Part shown: piece after piece, positions 1 through 14,345 of the stretch
Layout: each line of letters starts with the position of its first letter
Numbering within the stretch: position 1 is the first letter of the stretch
Assembly (NCBI RefSeq): GCF_006345805.1
Contig: NC_043009.1
Location: forward strand, 42,842,001 to 42,906,000
Direction of reading: 5' to 3'
Length of the DNA stretch: 64,000 nt
DNA from: Octopus sinensis
Lineage: Eukaryota
Translations under genes and position numbers: made by a program
The notes under the pieces: generated by a model
What the model was told of the DNA's origin: nothing
What the model saw: the letters and a program-made list of their open reading frames with translations, nothing else
The model's database searches: none

Positions 1-136
1 ATATACTGTAAATGTATATATATATATACATGAATACATATATGTGTATATGTAAATGTATATATAAATATATGTGTTTGGACACACAAGTATATGTATG
101 ATCATGTATATATATATATATATTATATGTATGTAC

Positions 137-168
<32 letters not shown>

Positions 169-543
169 GTATAGATACATACATACATATGATGATGATA
201 ATGGTAATAATGATAATATGTGTATGTGTCTGTGTAGACTTTTATATGGCTATATACATATGTATGTATGTATGTATATATGTATGTATACACATCTTCT
301 GTGTATACATTCTGTACAGAATGAATCCCCATTTTGTTTGCATATTTTCATAGCCCCATTTCCTTACCCTTTTATCATAATTTATTCATGTTCTGATGTA
401 AACTTTAGAAATATTTTCTCACGTTTACTGAACTAAAGTTCCTTTATGTTGTTCTTCTTCCCTTTATTCTTATTCTTTTTTATTCATTGTATGAATGAAA
501 ATGTGTGTATTTTTCTATGTTTATTGTTATAGATGTGTGTGTG

Positions 544-591
<48 letters not shown>

Positions 592-708
592 ATATATATC
601 ACAAATGTACATATATAATATACACATATATAAACAGATAGCCAGATAGGTAGATAAGCAACATATATGTGTATATATTCATACATATATATATGTGTGT
701 GCTGCATA

Positions 709-745
<37 letters not shown>

Positions 746-847
746 ACAATATACAAAGTATATGTGAATATACCTATTGTTTATAAACGATTATTTTTCT
801 GTTGGTATATATATAATTTTTTCACATCTATACATATATATATATAG

Positions 848-892
<45 letters not shown>

Positions 893-1352
893 GAAGGATG
901 ACCAGACCACTAAGTGGACATCCATTATGCTAGATGTAGACCCCATATGGTCTGACCACTAAGAAAAGATTGTTTCAATTTTTGACCCTTATTATTTAAA
1001 TATATATATATATATATAAATCTACATATGGTTATATATATATATATATATATATTGATATATATATATATATTGCATATATATATAGATATATATATAT
1101 TGCACAAATACAAATAACAGGACATAACAACAGATGTCTTTCGACTGGGTACAGGATGTCACCAACAGTGCAAATACCATGAAATACATAAAGAAATGAG
1201 TTAAATACGTAAACAATGAGAAAAAAGGGAAAATAGGACCGGTAGACACAGAGAAAGGACCCTTCATCAGTTGCTGGCTGTCTATCTACTCCTCATTTTA
1301 AGCATTATAGATATACATGTGTATATCTTTTAAATTTGTCCATGGGAATCGT

Positions 1353-1656
1353 TTTGAATATGCATATAAAGCTCCTATTCCATTATGGTGGCCACAGTCT
1401 AATGATGCTGACTAGTGAACCAGCTGTTTGGGTTCACACTGAGCTGTACCAATATAATGCATGATAAACATAGTAAGGATAATAATCCTTGCATAGCGGT
1501 GCATTAAAATATATATAAATTCAATCCAAGGATTACTATGTTTATCATGCATTATATTGGTACAGCTCAGTGCGAACCCAAACAGCTGGTTCACCGGTCA
1601 GCATCATTAGACTGTGGCCAGCATAATGGAATAGGAGCTTTATTTGCATATTCAAA
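1353..1656. repeat. Long inverted repeat (~125 bp arms), probable Penelope-like element remnant
   Basis: 1353-1476 is the reverse complement of 1533-1656 with a few mismatches. A 25 bp direct repeat caaatacaaataacaggacataaca occurs at ~1105 and ~1653. The whole block lies between (TA)n tracts. Confidence 0.75.
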
Positions 1657-1801
1657 TACAAATAACAGGACATAACAGGAAAGAAAACTTCGAATGACCC
1701 ATCCTTCTTTTCTTTGTATCTTCTATCTGGATGTTTTGTTGTCCCCTTTTTTGTATCACTTAACTATCTGTATGTTTTGCTTTCTTGTCCATTCTGTATT
1801 T

Positions 1802-1844
<43 letters not shown>

Positions 1845-1926
1845 TTTGTAGAGATACATAACTCCAGGGGAGAAACATGCACTAAGATGTAGAGAAGCTG
1901 ATATTATAATGGGAGCCAGTTTACTG

Positions 1927-1983
1927 GGTTACCCTGGGTTTCTTGCTCATAAGGAGTTTAGCCTTATGCCACATCTTCAGACC
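1927..1983 (-). ncRNA. Degenerate type I hammerhead ribozyme
   Basis: GGU-CUGAAGA-ugugg-CAUAAGG-cuaaacu-CCUUAUG-agcaa-GAAA-CCCAGGG-UA^ACC. Full core, palindromic stem III, 7 bp distal stem II, but the base of stem II is mismatched and stem I is only 3 bp. Lies in an insert that begins right after (TA)n at ~1843. Confidence 0.55.
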
Positions 1984-2079
1984 ACAAACACTGCTGGCCT
2001 AAGACCTCTTCAAAATTTGGAGGGGGAAATGTCTCTCTATAAAAGTAAACACTAGGTGATTACCTCCTTTTGTTATTGG

Positions 2080-2740
2080 TCATCAACCACTCCAAGGGTG
2101 TAGTGGGTGCTTTTACATGCCACCGGCATGAGGGCCAGTCAGGTAGTACTGGCAACGGCCATGCTCAAGTGGTGTTTTTTATGTGCCACCTGCAAAGGAG
2201 CCAGTCCAGTGGCACTGGCAACGACCTCGCTCGACTGTTGTTTTTCACATGCCACCGGCATAAATGCCAATAAGGTGACGCTGGTAATGATCATGCTTGA
2301 ATGGTGCTTTTTACATGCCACTGGCATGGGAGCCAGTCAGCGGTGCTGGCAACAATCACACTCGAATGATACTCTTAGCACTCCACTGGCATGGATGCCA
2401 GTCATGCAGTGTTGTCATAGAATTTGATTTCAATTTCACTTGCCTCAACAGGTCTTCACAAGCAGAATTTAGTGTCCAATGAAGGAAAGGTACACATAAG
2501 TGGGCTAGTTACACCACTGGCTTAGATCACGGGTTATGGTGTCACTTGGCTTGCCGGGTCTTCTCAAGCACAGCATATTTCTAAAGGTCTCGGTCACTAG
2601 TCATTGCCTCAGTGAAGCCTAATGTTTGAAGGTCATGCTTCACCACTTCATCCCAGGTCTTCCTGGGTTTACCTCTTCCACAGGTTCCCTCAACCACTAG
2701 GGCATGACACTTTTTCCCACAGCTATTCTCATCCATTACC
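2080..2740 (-). mobile_element. RTE-clade LINE 3' fragment (RT C-terminus plus repeat-containing 3' UTR)
   Basis: Minus strand translates to LVVEGTCGRGKPRKTWDEVVKHDLQTLGFTEAMTSDRDL*KYAVLEKTRQAK*, matching the RTE GRGRPRxTW motif. Downstream are imperfect tandem units (gtgccaccggca...). Confidence 0.75.
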
Positions 2741-2832
2741 TTTGGGCCTTCTTGACACCCTTACCTCTCATAACCTATATATATATATATATATACATAC
2801 ATACACACATATATATACATACATATATATAT

Positions 2833-2868
<36 letters not shown>

Positions 2869-3544
2869 GACACACAGAGATAATAGCTATATATATATAT
2901 GTATATAAATACATATATATATATACATATATATACAAATATATATACCTACATATACATATACTTACATATACATGATGGGCTTGTTTTAGTTTCCATT
3001 TCCAGATCCTTTCACAAGGTCTTTAGTTGTGCCAGCGTTATAATAGAAGCTTCTTGTCCAAGATACCATGCATCAGAACTGAACTCAAACCACTTGGATG
3101 TAAAACAAACTTCATAACAATACACCCATTCTTACTTTCAGCATAAAAGCAGTCGCAACAGTCATGGTGGTGTTGGTGGTGGTGGTGGTGGTGGTGGTGG
3201 TGGTGGTGATGGTGGTGGTGGTGGTGGTGAAGGTGGTGGTGGTGTAGCTATTGTTGTTGCTTCCATTGTTCCATAAGTATTTGTATCACTGGGAAAATAT
3301 TCACATGTCATCAGTTTTAGGTGTCAAATCTTTAAATGATATTTATTTTATTTTGTTTTGTTTCGTTTTATTTCTGTCTTTTACTAAAATCTTGTATATC
3401 CTCTCAGTCATTCTAAAATCTGGCTACTACAAATAAACCTATAGTGAGTTAAAGAGGTTTCATAATACTGAAACATGTTCATAGTTGTCTCCCTAGTTGC
3501 CAAATATCCTATTGCATTCCTTCCTTCTTTTTGTTTGTTTTTAA

Positions 3545-3762
3545 CCCTTTAGCATTCAGATTATTGCCTAACGTAATAATTTTTTCATCCACATTGTTTT
3601 GAATTAATCATGCATTATCTTTTAGGTTTGAGATTCTGGTGACGTGATTGCTTATATTTAGAATGACATTGTAGGTTAGGTGTGAGAGGTCAGATGCATC
3701 CATTTTGAATAACAAACAATTAGAATATATGGGCCAAAAACAGCTGATTTAAATGCAAAGAG
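3545..3762. mobile_element. piggyBac-like MITE
   Basis: TTAA|CCCTTTAGCATT...AATGCAAAGAG|TTAA. Related starts occur at ~16026 and 47907. Confidence 0.6.
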
Positions 3763-4351
3763 TTAAATCAATTTGGATTTCAGATTTCTTTCTTCTTTCT
3801 CACAAAAGTTATCATGTTAATGAATTTTCTCTTCATTATGGATGGGGTGCACTCTGTGCTTTATTAAATTCTTAATCAGAATTAAAGAGCCTCAGAAACC
3901 GTTTGGAGGAAAGGAACAAGGAAGCTATCCTCATGCCTGGTAGTTATAACAGAGTTCTTGGGGTGGCAGCACTACAAATACCTAAGTAGCTAGGTGATGG
4001 CATTAAAACAGGTTTGAATTCAATCTGCCACCTAGGCAGGCCTTGGTGGAATTTGAACACAGATTGTAAAGTGGCAGAACAAATACCTTAAGTCATCTGG
4101 TCTAATCTCCTTACAGTTCTACTAATCTATCATCTTGGATTTTTCAACCACCCCACCCCACCCCCACCCAAAATGATGAAATGCAAATATAACTTTGACA
4201 GGATTTTAACACGGGTGTCAAAGAATTGTCACAAAACCATAAAGCATCATTTCTGTTGCTCTAATGACCCAGCTTAAATTAAACAGATCTGATTTCTCAC
4301 TATATTAAATATTGGCGACCCTAGCAAATTTGTCCATGTCATCACGTTAGT

Positions 4352-4572
4352 ACTCTTTTACTTGTTTCAGTTATTTGACTGTGGCCATGCTGAAGCACTG
4401 CCTTTAGTCAAGCAAATCGACCCCAGGACTTATTCTTTGGATGCCTAGTACATATTCTATCAGTCTCTTTTGCTGAACCACTAAGTTACGGGGACGTAAA
4501 CACATCACCATTAGTTGTCAAGCGATGTTGGGGGACAAATACAGACACACAAACATATACACACACATACAT

Positions 4573-4618
<46 letters not shown>

Positions 4619-4782
4619 TACAATGGGCTTCTTTCAGCTTCCATCTACCAAATCGACTCACAAGTCTTTGGTCGGCTCGAGGCTATAGTAGAAGACAGTT
4701 GTCCAAGGTGCCATGCAGTGGGACTGAACCCAGAACCATGTGGCTGGTAAGCAAGCTACTTACCCCACAGCCACTCCTGCAC
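4352..4782 (-). mobile_element. tRNA-derived SINE family A (full length)
   Basis: Head has an A-box-like TGGCTGTG(T/G)GG and B-box-like GGTTCAGTCCC, then ccttgg(g)caag, an internal (TA)/(TG) tract, and tail gtcaaat(g/a)actgaaacaagtaaaagag. About 20 copies in the window. Confidence 0.85.
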
Positions 4783-6479
4783 CCTTTAACTTTATGTGAA
4801 GTTTGTACAAGTGTGCATGCATGCATGCATGCGTGTGTGTTTGTTTGTGTGCATAGAGAGAGGGGAGGGTGTAGTATGCCCCCCCTCTTCTCTTTACTCC
4901 TTGTAGTTCTGAAATTTAATTCCTGTTTTTAGGTTTGTTTTTACCGTTATTGTTGTGCTTTTAATTGTTGCTATCTTTACCGAAGTTGCTACTGCCACTG
5001 TTGTTTTTGTTGCCAATCTTCATATTGTTGCTGTTGCTAACGTTGTTCCGTATTATTGTTTCCGTTGTTGTATACTGTTGCTATTTCACTTGCTGCTGTG
5101 TCACTAGTGTTGTAGAAGCTGCTATTTCTGTTCATGTTGCTGTTGCTAATGTTGTCCCAGTATTGATGTATCCATTGCAGTTGCTATTGTTCTTGATGTC
5201 ATCGCTACTGATGGTGAAGTTATTTGTTTGCATTGCTATTTTGTTGATATTGTTGCAATCACTATTACACTGTCATCATTGTTGGTGCTAATGTTTGGTT
5301 GGTTACATTTTTGTTGCTTTTGAAGTTGATGGTATTGCTCTGGTTGTTGATATTGTTGCTATTATCATTGTTGATGTTATTGCTATCGATTTTATAGTTG
5401 TTGTTGCAACTGATTTTGAAGTTGTTGGTGTTGTTGTTATTGCTATTGTGGTGGACACTGTTGCCATTTTTGCTGTTATCACTCTCACTGTTGTTGTTGC
5501 TATCGATTTTATAGTAGTTATTGCAAAGTTATTGATGTTGTTTGCTATTGCTGTCGAAGTTTTTGTTATTGTGGTGGACGTTATTGTTGCAATTATTGCT
5601 GATGTTGATGTTATTGTCTGTTGACATTGTTTTTATCACTGCTGCTGTGTTACCATTGTTGTTGCTGCTATTGTTCCCAATCTCATTGGTGGTGGTGGTG
5701 GTGGTGGTGGTGGTCATGGTGGAGGTATACATGTACGTGTGTGTGTGTGTTGTGTGTGTGCATATGTTTATGTAAGAAGGAGCATTTTTCCTCACTTCCC
5801 CACACTCAAACCCTCATCGACCCTCCACCCTCCCCCTTCTTAATCCTTGTTGTTTTGTTTTTCCCAAAATCTGAAGAGATGGCTACCCCGAGTAAAGAAA
5901 CAGCTGCCATGATATCAAAGGGCTTGAGTGAGTCACTAATTAAATGTATGCATGTTTCCATCAGCACGAGGTGGCATGTGAACAGTGCTTCGTGAAATAT
6001 TTCACAATTTAAAAATGCATAGCATTTATTTTCTTTCTTTTGTTTTCATTTTATTTATTCCTTTATTATTAGTTTTTTTTTATTTTTGTTTTTTTTTTGT
6101 TTTTGGTTGCAATTTTCCCTTGCAGCAGAAACACATTTGCAGATAGTTCTAATTATAACCACCTTGCAGTACCCTTGAGAATCTGCCTGTTAGATATTTG
6201 CATCCCTCATACACTAACTCCCTTCTTTCTTTCACTGTCTTGCTCTTTCTCCGTTGCCTTCTTCTTCTTCAGACGTGCCTCCCCACCTACCCCTCTCTCT
6301 CTCTCTTTTTTCATTTTTCTTTCTTCGGATTCCTTAACTTTCTCCCTTCTTCCCCCCACCTCTCCCCTTAGCTCTTTCATTCCTTTTTTTTATGTCACTG
6401 TGTTTCATGTTTTTATTTTTATTATTTTTATTTATTATAACAAAGAATTTGCATTGTCAGACAAATTTAACAACAAAAG

Positions 6480-6800
6480 TCATCGCCGTCATCATTATCA
6501 TTGTCCCCATCATCGTCATCATCGTCATCGTTATCATCATCATCGTCATCATCGTCAGCATCGTCATCATCATCATTATCATTATCATCATCGTCGTCGT
6601 CATTATTGTCATCCTTGTCCTCCTCCTCCTCATCATCTTCGTTGTCATCATCATCATCATCATCCTCATTATCATCATCACTACCACGACCATCACCAAT
6701 ACCATCCTTGTCATCATCATCATCATTAACATCACCATCACCACCACTACTATCAGCATCATTATTGCTTATTTCATCACCAGCATTCCCATCATTATTA
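6480..6800. repeat. Degenerate (CAT)n microsatellite
   Basis: Direct inspection. Similar arrays at 11030-11600, 11880-12555, 20425-20980, 26690-26990, 27310-27640, 36990-37460, 54890-55560. Confidence 0.95.
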
Positions 6801-7222
6801 TCCAACTTCTTCATCTTCTCCAACAGCACCATCTCCGTTATTGTACGTTTTATATCTGCTCATGTATGAGGTGAATGAGTCCACAGAATTCTCAAGAATT
6901 ATGCAAGAATTACTGAAAAAAACCCAACAAATTGCATGGTATTCCTTATAGGAAGAATTTGACAAAATCCCCACAAAAATAGTTGTCGTTATAGTAATGG
7001 GAACTAAAATAGGCAAGTTCAAAGTTTGTTTGCTTAGATTTCCTGTAGACATTTGGCATGGCTGTGTGGTAAAAAGTTTGCTTCCCAACCACATGGCTCT
7101 GGGTTCAGTCCCACTGTGTGGTACCTTGGGCAAGTGTCTTCTACTATAGCCCCCAAGCTAATCAAGACTTTGCGAGTGGATTTGATTGAGGGGAACTGAA
7201 AGAACCCCATCATACATGTACG

Positions 7223-7273
<51 letters not shown>

Positions 7274-7487
7274 ATATATATATATTGGCCTGCTCACTTA
7301 GCCGTGGGGTGGCAATCATTTGAAGGCTAAAACAATGCAAAACGCATTGTGACCAGCGATGTGTAGCAACATCTGATAGCCTGGTCAGTCACAGTGATCA
7401 TGGTGATATATATGTGTATATATATATATATATATTATATATATAGTATCTATTATATGTATATTATATATATATTATATATATATG

Positions 7488-7559
<72 letters not shown>

Positions 7560-7561
7560 AT

Positions 7562-7615
<54 letters not shown>

Positions 7616-7650
7616 CGTGTGGTTGTGTGTGTGTGTGTGTGTGTGGTTTA

Positions 7651-7852
7651 CAAGGGGGTTGTAAAATCTGGCTTTGGGTAAAAGAGAATACATGAGGATC
7701 AGTCAATTATTATTTTATTCAACGTATTTCCCTCTCAGATTCTCACACTCATTGCAGCGGTCCTTCTGTTTTTCCAAGAACTCAGAAAGTTGGGCCTCTA
7801 GCCAGGCCTTTCATGATACCCTTAAAGCCAGGAACTTTTCAGAACCCCCTTG
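7651..7852. mobile_element. mariner-type MITE
   Basis: TA|CAAGGGGGTTG...CAGAACCCCCTTG|TA, with ~30 bp imperfect TIRs and a TA TSD. Confidence 0.7.
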
Positions 7853-8014
7853 TATATACATATCAACATGTATATGTGTGTGTGTGTAAATATATGTATA
7901 TATATATATGTATGTATGTATGTATGAATGTATGTATGTATGTGCGTGTGTATATATTTATATACACACACTCACACACACATATAAATATATGTATATA
8001 TATATTGGTGGGGT

Positions 8015-8395
8015 GAGGTGCAATGCCCCAGTGGTTAAGGCAGTGGACTCACAGTCATAGGATCACGGTTTTGGGACCCAGACTGCACATTGGGAGTGTT
8101 TATTGAGCAAAAACACTTAAAGCTCCATGAGACTCCAGTAGGGGGTGGTGACGAATCCTGCTATACTCTTTCACCACAACTTTCTCTCACCCTTCTTGTT
8201 TCTGTTGTACCTGTATTTCGAAGGGCCAGCCTTGTCACACTCTGTGTCATGCTGAATCTCCCTGAGAACTACAGTAAAGGAACACGTGTCTGTGGAGTGC
8301 TCAGCCACTAGCACATTAATTTCACAAGACAAGAAGGCTGTTCCATGGATTGGATCAACTGGAACCCTTGTCGTCAAAGCTGACAGAGTGCTGTA
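8015..8395 (+). mobile_element. tRNA-derived SINE family D
   Basis: tRNA-like head (cagtggttaagg...), central ttgagcaaaaacactt, tail ggatcaactggaacccttgtcgtc. Related copies at 25585-25800, 30290-30735, 36010-36275, 39040-39378. Confidence 0.7.
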
Positions 8396-8433
8396 AAATA
8401 TAGGGGTGTAATAGCATGGTTTGGTAAAAAGAC

Positions 8434-8803
8434 AAATAATAATGAAATTATTGTATACAGTGCTCAGGTGCACAACTTGTCAGAAAGTGTGTATAAAGTA
8501 TATGCAGTAATGTACAAATGTCTGGAAAGCAAACAATGTATGAGTCAGATACATGCTTGTGTGTGTATGGAGGGGAGAAAATCAGGTGTAGTGTTGGCGA
8601 ATCTCAGAAAGCATGGAAGTTTTGAAGGATGCAGTGCTCCGACAACTAACAACTGATGTCGGCAGTTTGTTCCATGCTTCAGCAACTTTCAGCGTGAAAA
8701 AATGTTTCCTAAAGTCATGGGAGCTGTGCTGTTTTCTGACTTTGTAAATATGTCCACGGGTGTTAGACGGGTGGAATTTGAAAAGGTGCTCAGAGTTATT
8801 GTT
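8434..8803 (-). mobile_element. CR1-type LINE 3' end
   Basis: Minus strand translates to HLFKFHPSNTRGHIYKVRKQHSSHDFRKHFFTLKVAEAWNKLPTSVVSCRSTASFKTSMLSEIRQHYT* (TRGH...FF...WNxLP motif of the CR1-type ORF2 C-terminus), then a 3' UTR and short (ATT) tail. Confidence 0.85.
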
Positions 8804-9449
8804 TGTGCCAATCTTAAAAAGGGGAAAAGAAGTACAGGTTTCAAACTTGGGTTACCATGACCCCAACGTGGGGTCCTAAACACAAGATGATCATGGCTAA
8901 TTGTCCAGTTGTATCCTTGTCTTAATATCATATAATGGTTATAAGAGGGCATCACCATCCTACAAGCAAGGTTATTTGTTCCCTGTTGTCTATGAGAAAT
9001 TTATTTGGTCATGGGAAAGTACAACATTACTTGGAAACAGGCAAGGTTTGGTGACAGTCATAGGAAATTTGCCTCAACAAACTCATCTGACCTATGCAAG
9101 CTAGGGAAAGTGGATGTTAAAATGATGATGATGGTGATAGTAAGAATGAATTTTAAATACAGTGGTAATTATTTCAAGCTCAATCTAGAACTGTGTACGT
9201 ATACATGAAGGAATATGAGACCTAATGATGAGGATCAGCATCCAAGCCATTGTAGAGGTACTGAAAGTTTTCCACTATTTTCTGTTAGGGATTCTGCCCA
9301 TTTTCTGACCATAGTCCAGTTGTGTAGCAATCTCACAGATTTTGATTTGTCTATTATACGTGAAAGCACATATCCAGATGGTTAGGGTGTTGCACTCAAA
9401 ATCACCAGATCATGGGTTCAATTCCTGAACCAGGTAACACTTCATTTCA

Positions 9450-9900
9450 TGTTGTTCTACTACAGTGTGGAGACCAGAATGTCAAAGAATAAACCCAACG
9501 TTTCTTCTGTGTGCTGAAAAGGCAACTAAAATAAGGTGAGGAAGGATTTGCACTCTGACCTCGTAAAACCCTCATCAGCAATAATAAAACTGGCCAAACA
9601 GACCTACGAGTTGGAGGGTTGTCACCTGAGTGATGCAAAAATGCCATCCACCCGGATGCAGCGATGCACTGTCACAGTGCATTCACCCATTTTACTACAG
9701 CTCATACTACTATGATTCATGTCAGTGGTTATAGTGAACTGTCTCCAAGCTTTGAAGATGAAACAAGCAGCAGTTTGTCCTCAATGCTGGTTTCCTCTTC
9801 TTAAAATTTCTTCATCGATTGCACATTGCCCTCATTAATGAAGTCCTCTCTTTAAGCAACCTGTTGCCATCTGTGGATGTCAGAGAGCCTGCATCCCTTC
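9450..9900 (-). pseudogene. Possible very decayed mariner transposase N-terminal fragment
   Basis: Minus strand SDIHRWQQVA*RED...KKF*EEETSIEDK resembles mariner HTH segments; an ETW-like remnant lies near 9500. Confidence 0.4.
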
Positions 9901-10188
9901 CTTCATTGAGAATTCAATAGAAAAACATGGCCTCTGCATAGAAACCTTCATATTTTCTCGCGACGAAGGAGAACAGGAAAAAAAAATTACTACAGAGAAA
10001 GATTTTCTCTGCTAACATATACAATTTGAATGACCAACACTCATTGATAAAAAGAAAGCCAGCGTGTGTACGTATATGCACTCTTATAAGTGAATGTATA
10101 TATAGTGAATATATATCTGTTTATATGTATGCGTATGTATGTCTGTATGTATCTGTCTATCTATATATCTATCTATCCATCTATTCAC

Positions 10189-10224
<36 letters not shown>

Positions 10225-12003
10225 ATATATATATATATATATCTTGTGTGCGAGTATGTATGTATGTATCATATATATATATATATAAGCATACATATGG
10301 ATGTAGGCTAATGTATACATATGCATATATATAATATATATAATATATATATATATTATATATATATATATACGAACAGATGATCAAACATATAGACATA
10401 CACTTGTTGGAATGGACATGCACACTCACACATACACACACACATGCACACAAATTCTATACACTTTGACTGTATATGTGCATTTATACACATGTACATA
10501 TGAGTGTAAATGGATGCAATGTCCAAATCAACATTCTTAATACCTTAATACTTCTATAAGCAATTTCAACTTAGAGATTAATAGCTCTCCTCCAACCCTA
10601 GGTCTTAATTAAGTCTCCCCATAATTAATATACTCATGCAAACCCCTTCACTGACTCATAACTGGACAGCCTCATGCTGTTCCACTTAAACACTTCATTT
10701 TGAAAATATATATTGAGGTATTTTCTCTTTTTTTTTCCCTTTTTTGCCCAAATTGCGATTCTCATTGCCAGCAGAATTGATGTGTCATATAATGTTTTCA
10801 TAAACACTTTTAGCTTTTGACCAATTTCTTATGGGGTCAATTGACCGCCACCTCCTTCTCTCTTGTTTTCATGTAGAATGATAAAGCACCCTGTATATTT
10901 AGTGACTAAATCGTTAATTACCTACTGTCAATAATTGTTGATGGCAATTATGAGTGGCTTACAAGAATCATCATCTGGAGCAGTAACATAAATTTTCTGG
11001 GTCTGGGGAAAATGGTAAAAATAAATCGCTGTCGTCGTCATCATCATCATCATCATCATCATCATCCCCAATAACAGCATCTTCGTCATCATCATCACCA
11101 CCACCATTCTCACTGTCAATATGATTGTCATCTTTCCCGTTTCCATTCGTCAGTATCATCATAATCATTGTCATCAATGTTATCCTCATCATCATCGCCA
11201 TCGTCATCATCATCATCATTATCACCACTGTCATCATCATCATCACCACCACCAATGTCAACATGATCACCATCTTCCCATCTCCATATTCATCAACATC
11301 ATTGTTGTCATTGCCATCATCGTCATCATTATCCTCATTATCAATATTATCATCATCATCATTGCTATTGTCATCATCCTCATCATCATCATTGTCATTG
11401 TCATCAGCATCATCAGCATGCTCTTCATCATCATCATCATCCTCATCATAATCATTAGCCTCATCAACAATATCACCACCACCACCAATACCATCATCAT
11501 CTTCATCACAATCTCCATCATCATCATCATTACCACCATCATCAAGATCATCATCATTTTCATTATCATCTTCAACATCATCATCATAATTACCATCTCC
11601 TTCACTATTATCTGTGTTGTTATTACTGAATTGCTTCAAACCATCCTTGATACCATAATCTTATTACCAATGCATTCCAGACATGACAATCCTGTATTTT
11701 TATTTATTTTTGTTTTTGTTCTACACATAATGCATCCAGAACTTTATCATTAAATTTGTTTTCTTGTTATTGTTTTCTTTTTGTTTTTATAAGATAGCAA
11801 TATGCAATTGAAAGATCTTGCTGCTATTTCTAGCAGGTTGATGGATAGTGTAGTAACTAACCACCATCTCATTTACATTTCATGATCATCATGATCATGA
11901 TCATCATCATCACTGTCACCATCATCATCATCATCATTGCCATCACCATCGTCCCCCTCCTCCTCCTCATCATCATCGTCATAATCACCATCATTATCAT
12001 CAC

Positions 12004-12038
<35 letters not shown>

Positions 12039-12500
12039 CCATCAACATTGTCATATAACCATTACCATTATCATTTTTCCTCATCATCATTATCATCATC
12101 ATCATCATCATTATCATCATCATCATCATCATTGTCATCATCACCATCACCATCATCATCGTCATCATCATCGTCATATAACCATTACCATTATCATTTT
12201 CATGATCATCATCATCGCCATCCTTATCATGATTCGTCATCATCATTATCGTCGTCCTTCCTCCTCATCATCATCGTCGTCGTCATCACTATCATTATCA
12301 TCATCATCATCATCATCATTGTCATCATCATCATCATCACCATCATCATCGTCATCATCATCATCATCACCATCATCATCGTCATCATCATCATCATTAT
12401 CATATAACCATTACCATTATCATTTTCATCATCATTATCATCATCGTCGTCATCATCATCATCATCATCATTATCATCATCGTCATCATCACCATCATCG

Positions 12501-12531
<31 letters not shown>

Positions 12532-13154
12532 CATCATCCTCATTCTCATCATCAGCATTAAATAAAGCTTGTCTGTCACATCGAAAAATTTACAAGATTT
12601 CACTTCATTTCATTTCATTTCATTTCTTTAAAATTCCAATTCCAAAATTTTTAAGAATTCCACTTGGGTCAACTGTGTTTCTTTTCATCCTTGCGGGATC
12701 GATAAGCTAAGAAGCGCCATATCTGAATTTACTGGAAAGCATGAAGAGGGAGGGCATCGATGCATATTAGAAAATGGTGCGGACACGTGACAACATAAGA
12801 TATTCTTGCTATTGTTGTTGTTGTTGTCGTTGTCGTCGTCATAGTAGTAGCAGTAGTAATTGTTGTTGTTGTTGTTGTAGTTTTTTTTTTCTTTTTCTTT
12901 TTCTTCTTCTTAAGCAGGGCATTGTTATTTATTCAGAAATTACCGCTGCCACTATTATCATGATGATACTAAAATTAGCATGTCAAAGTTTTAAAAAGTG
13001 TTTTGTTCTTTGAAAGATTTTCTAAATACAAAGAAGTAACAAAAAAAAAAAAAAAACCAGAAAGAAAGAAAGGAAAAAAGGGGAAAAAAAGACAAGGGAA
13101 AAAAAGCAAAAAAAGAAAATGGAACCAGAACTACAATATTGTCTGTTTGAAATA

Positions 13155-13190
13155 TTAATAATAATAATGATAATAATGATAATGATGATG

Positions 13191-13241
<51 letters not shown>

Positions 13242-13382
13242 TAATAATAATAATACCAATAATTACGATAATAAACAAGAAAAATAACTGCAACAATGAT
13301 AATAATAATAACAATGATATAATAATAAGAAAATAATAATAATAATAATAATATAATAATAATAAAATAATAATAATAATAA

Positions 13383-13440
<58 letters not shown>

Positions 13441-13452
13441 TAATAATAAGAA

Positions 13453-13512
<60 letters not shown>

Positions 13513-13610
13513 AAGAAGAAAAACAACAACAACAACAATAACAACAACAACAACAACAAAATGACAAATGCAACAACAATAACATTAATAATGATAATCA
13601 TAATGTTAAT
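13155..13610. repeat. Compound (AAT)n/(GAA)n/(CAA)n microsatellite
   Basis: Direct inspection. Confidence 0.95.
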
Positions 13611-14227
13611 AAGGTGTATGGACAATGCGTTGTTCTATCTCAGGAAATTAAGGCAGCCTTAAATTAGACTTCCTTGTTAAAGAACGCATCAAGAATAATA
13701 CAAAAAAGCAAAGAAAAGAAATATCAATAAGTTTCTTTTATTCAAGCAATTAAAAGAAAAATTATTATTGTTATTATTATTTTATATTTATTATTGTATG
13801 TGTTGTTGTTGTTATATTTTTTTTATTAAACATTCTTTTTTTTTTTATTTTTTGGCAGTAGAAAAAAAAAATTTATTTGTTTAATAATTAAATTCCCCCC
13901 CCCCACATATTTTTATATTTCGAATATTTTTCATTGTAATTAGGCAGACAGAGAGATATAAAAGAGAAGAAAAAAAAAGATTGTATTGTTGTGATTATTC
14001 TCTTTCTCTAAGCTAGATAATGATCACTATGATGATGATGGTGGTGGTGGTGGAGATAGTAGCGGTAGTGGTAGTGGTGGTGGTGGTGGTGGAGGTAGCA
14101 AGAATGGTGAAGAGACGTTGGGGAAAGAAATTACAAGACTACAGAAGAAATAGCATAATACTTGTGTCCCAGTGTATGAATAAATAAATGCATAGCCATT
14201 TGTAGTATATTGTTGTATGAATGCACA

Positions 14228-14345
<118 letters not shown>

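Noticed and set aside
74-1267. YI/IY-rich ORFs throughout the window
   Set aside because: Translations of (TA)n and (CA)n repeats.
1125-1275. Minus-strand CUGAUGA (1270) and GAAA (1142) as one ribozyme
   Set aside because: About 120 nt apart, stem II out of register and stem I unpaired; probably parts of two different fragments.
5866-5912. CUGAAGA...GAAA-CAGCUG hammerhead-like string
   Set aside because: No stem II, U16.1 replaced by C, and stem I only 2 bp; likely chance.
6392-6874. Long poly-D/H/I/M/S ORFs here and at 10971-12603, 20364-21029, 26636-27673, 36871-37487, 54886-55714
   Set aside because: They are translations of trinucleotide microsatellites, open in several frames on both strands, with no domain or splice evidence.
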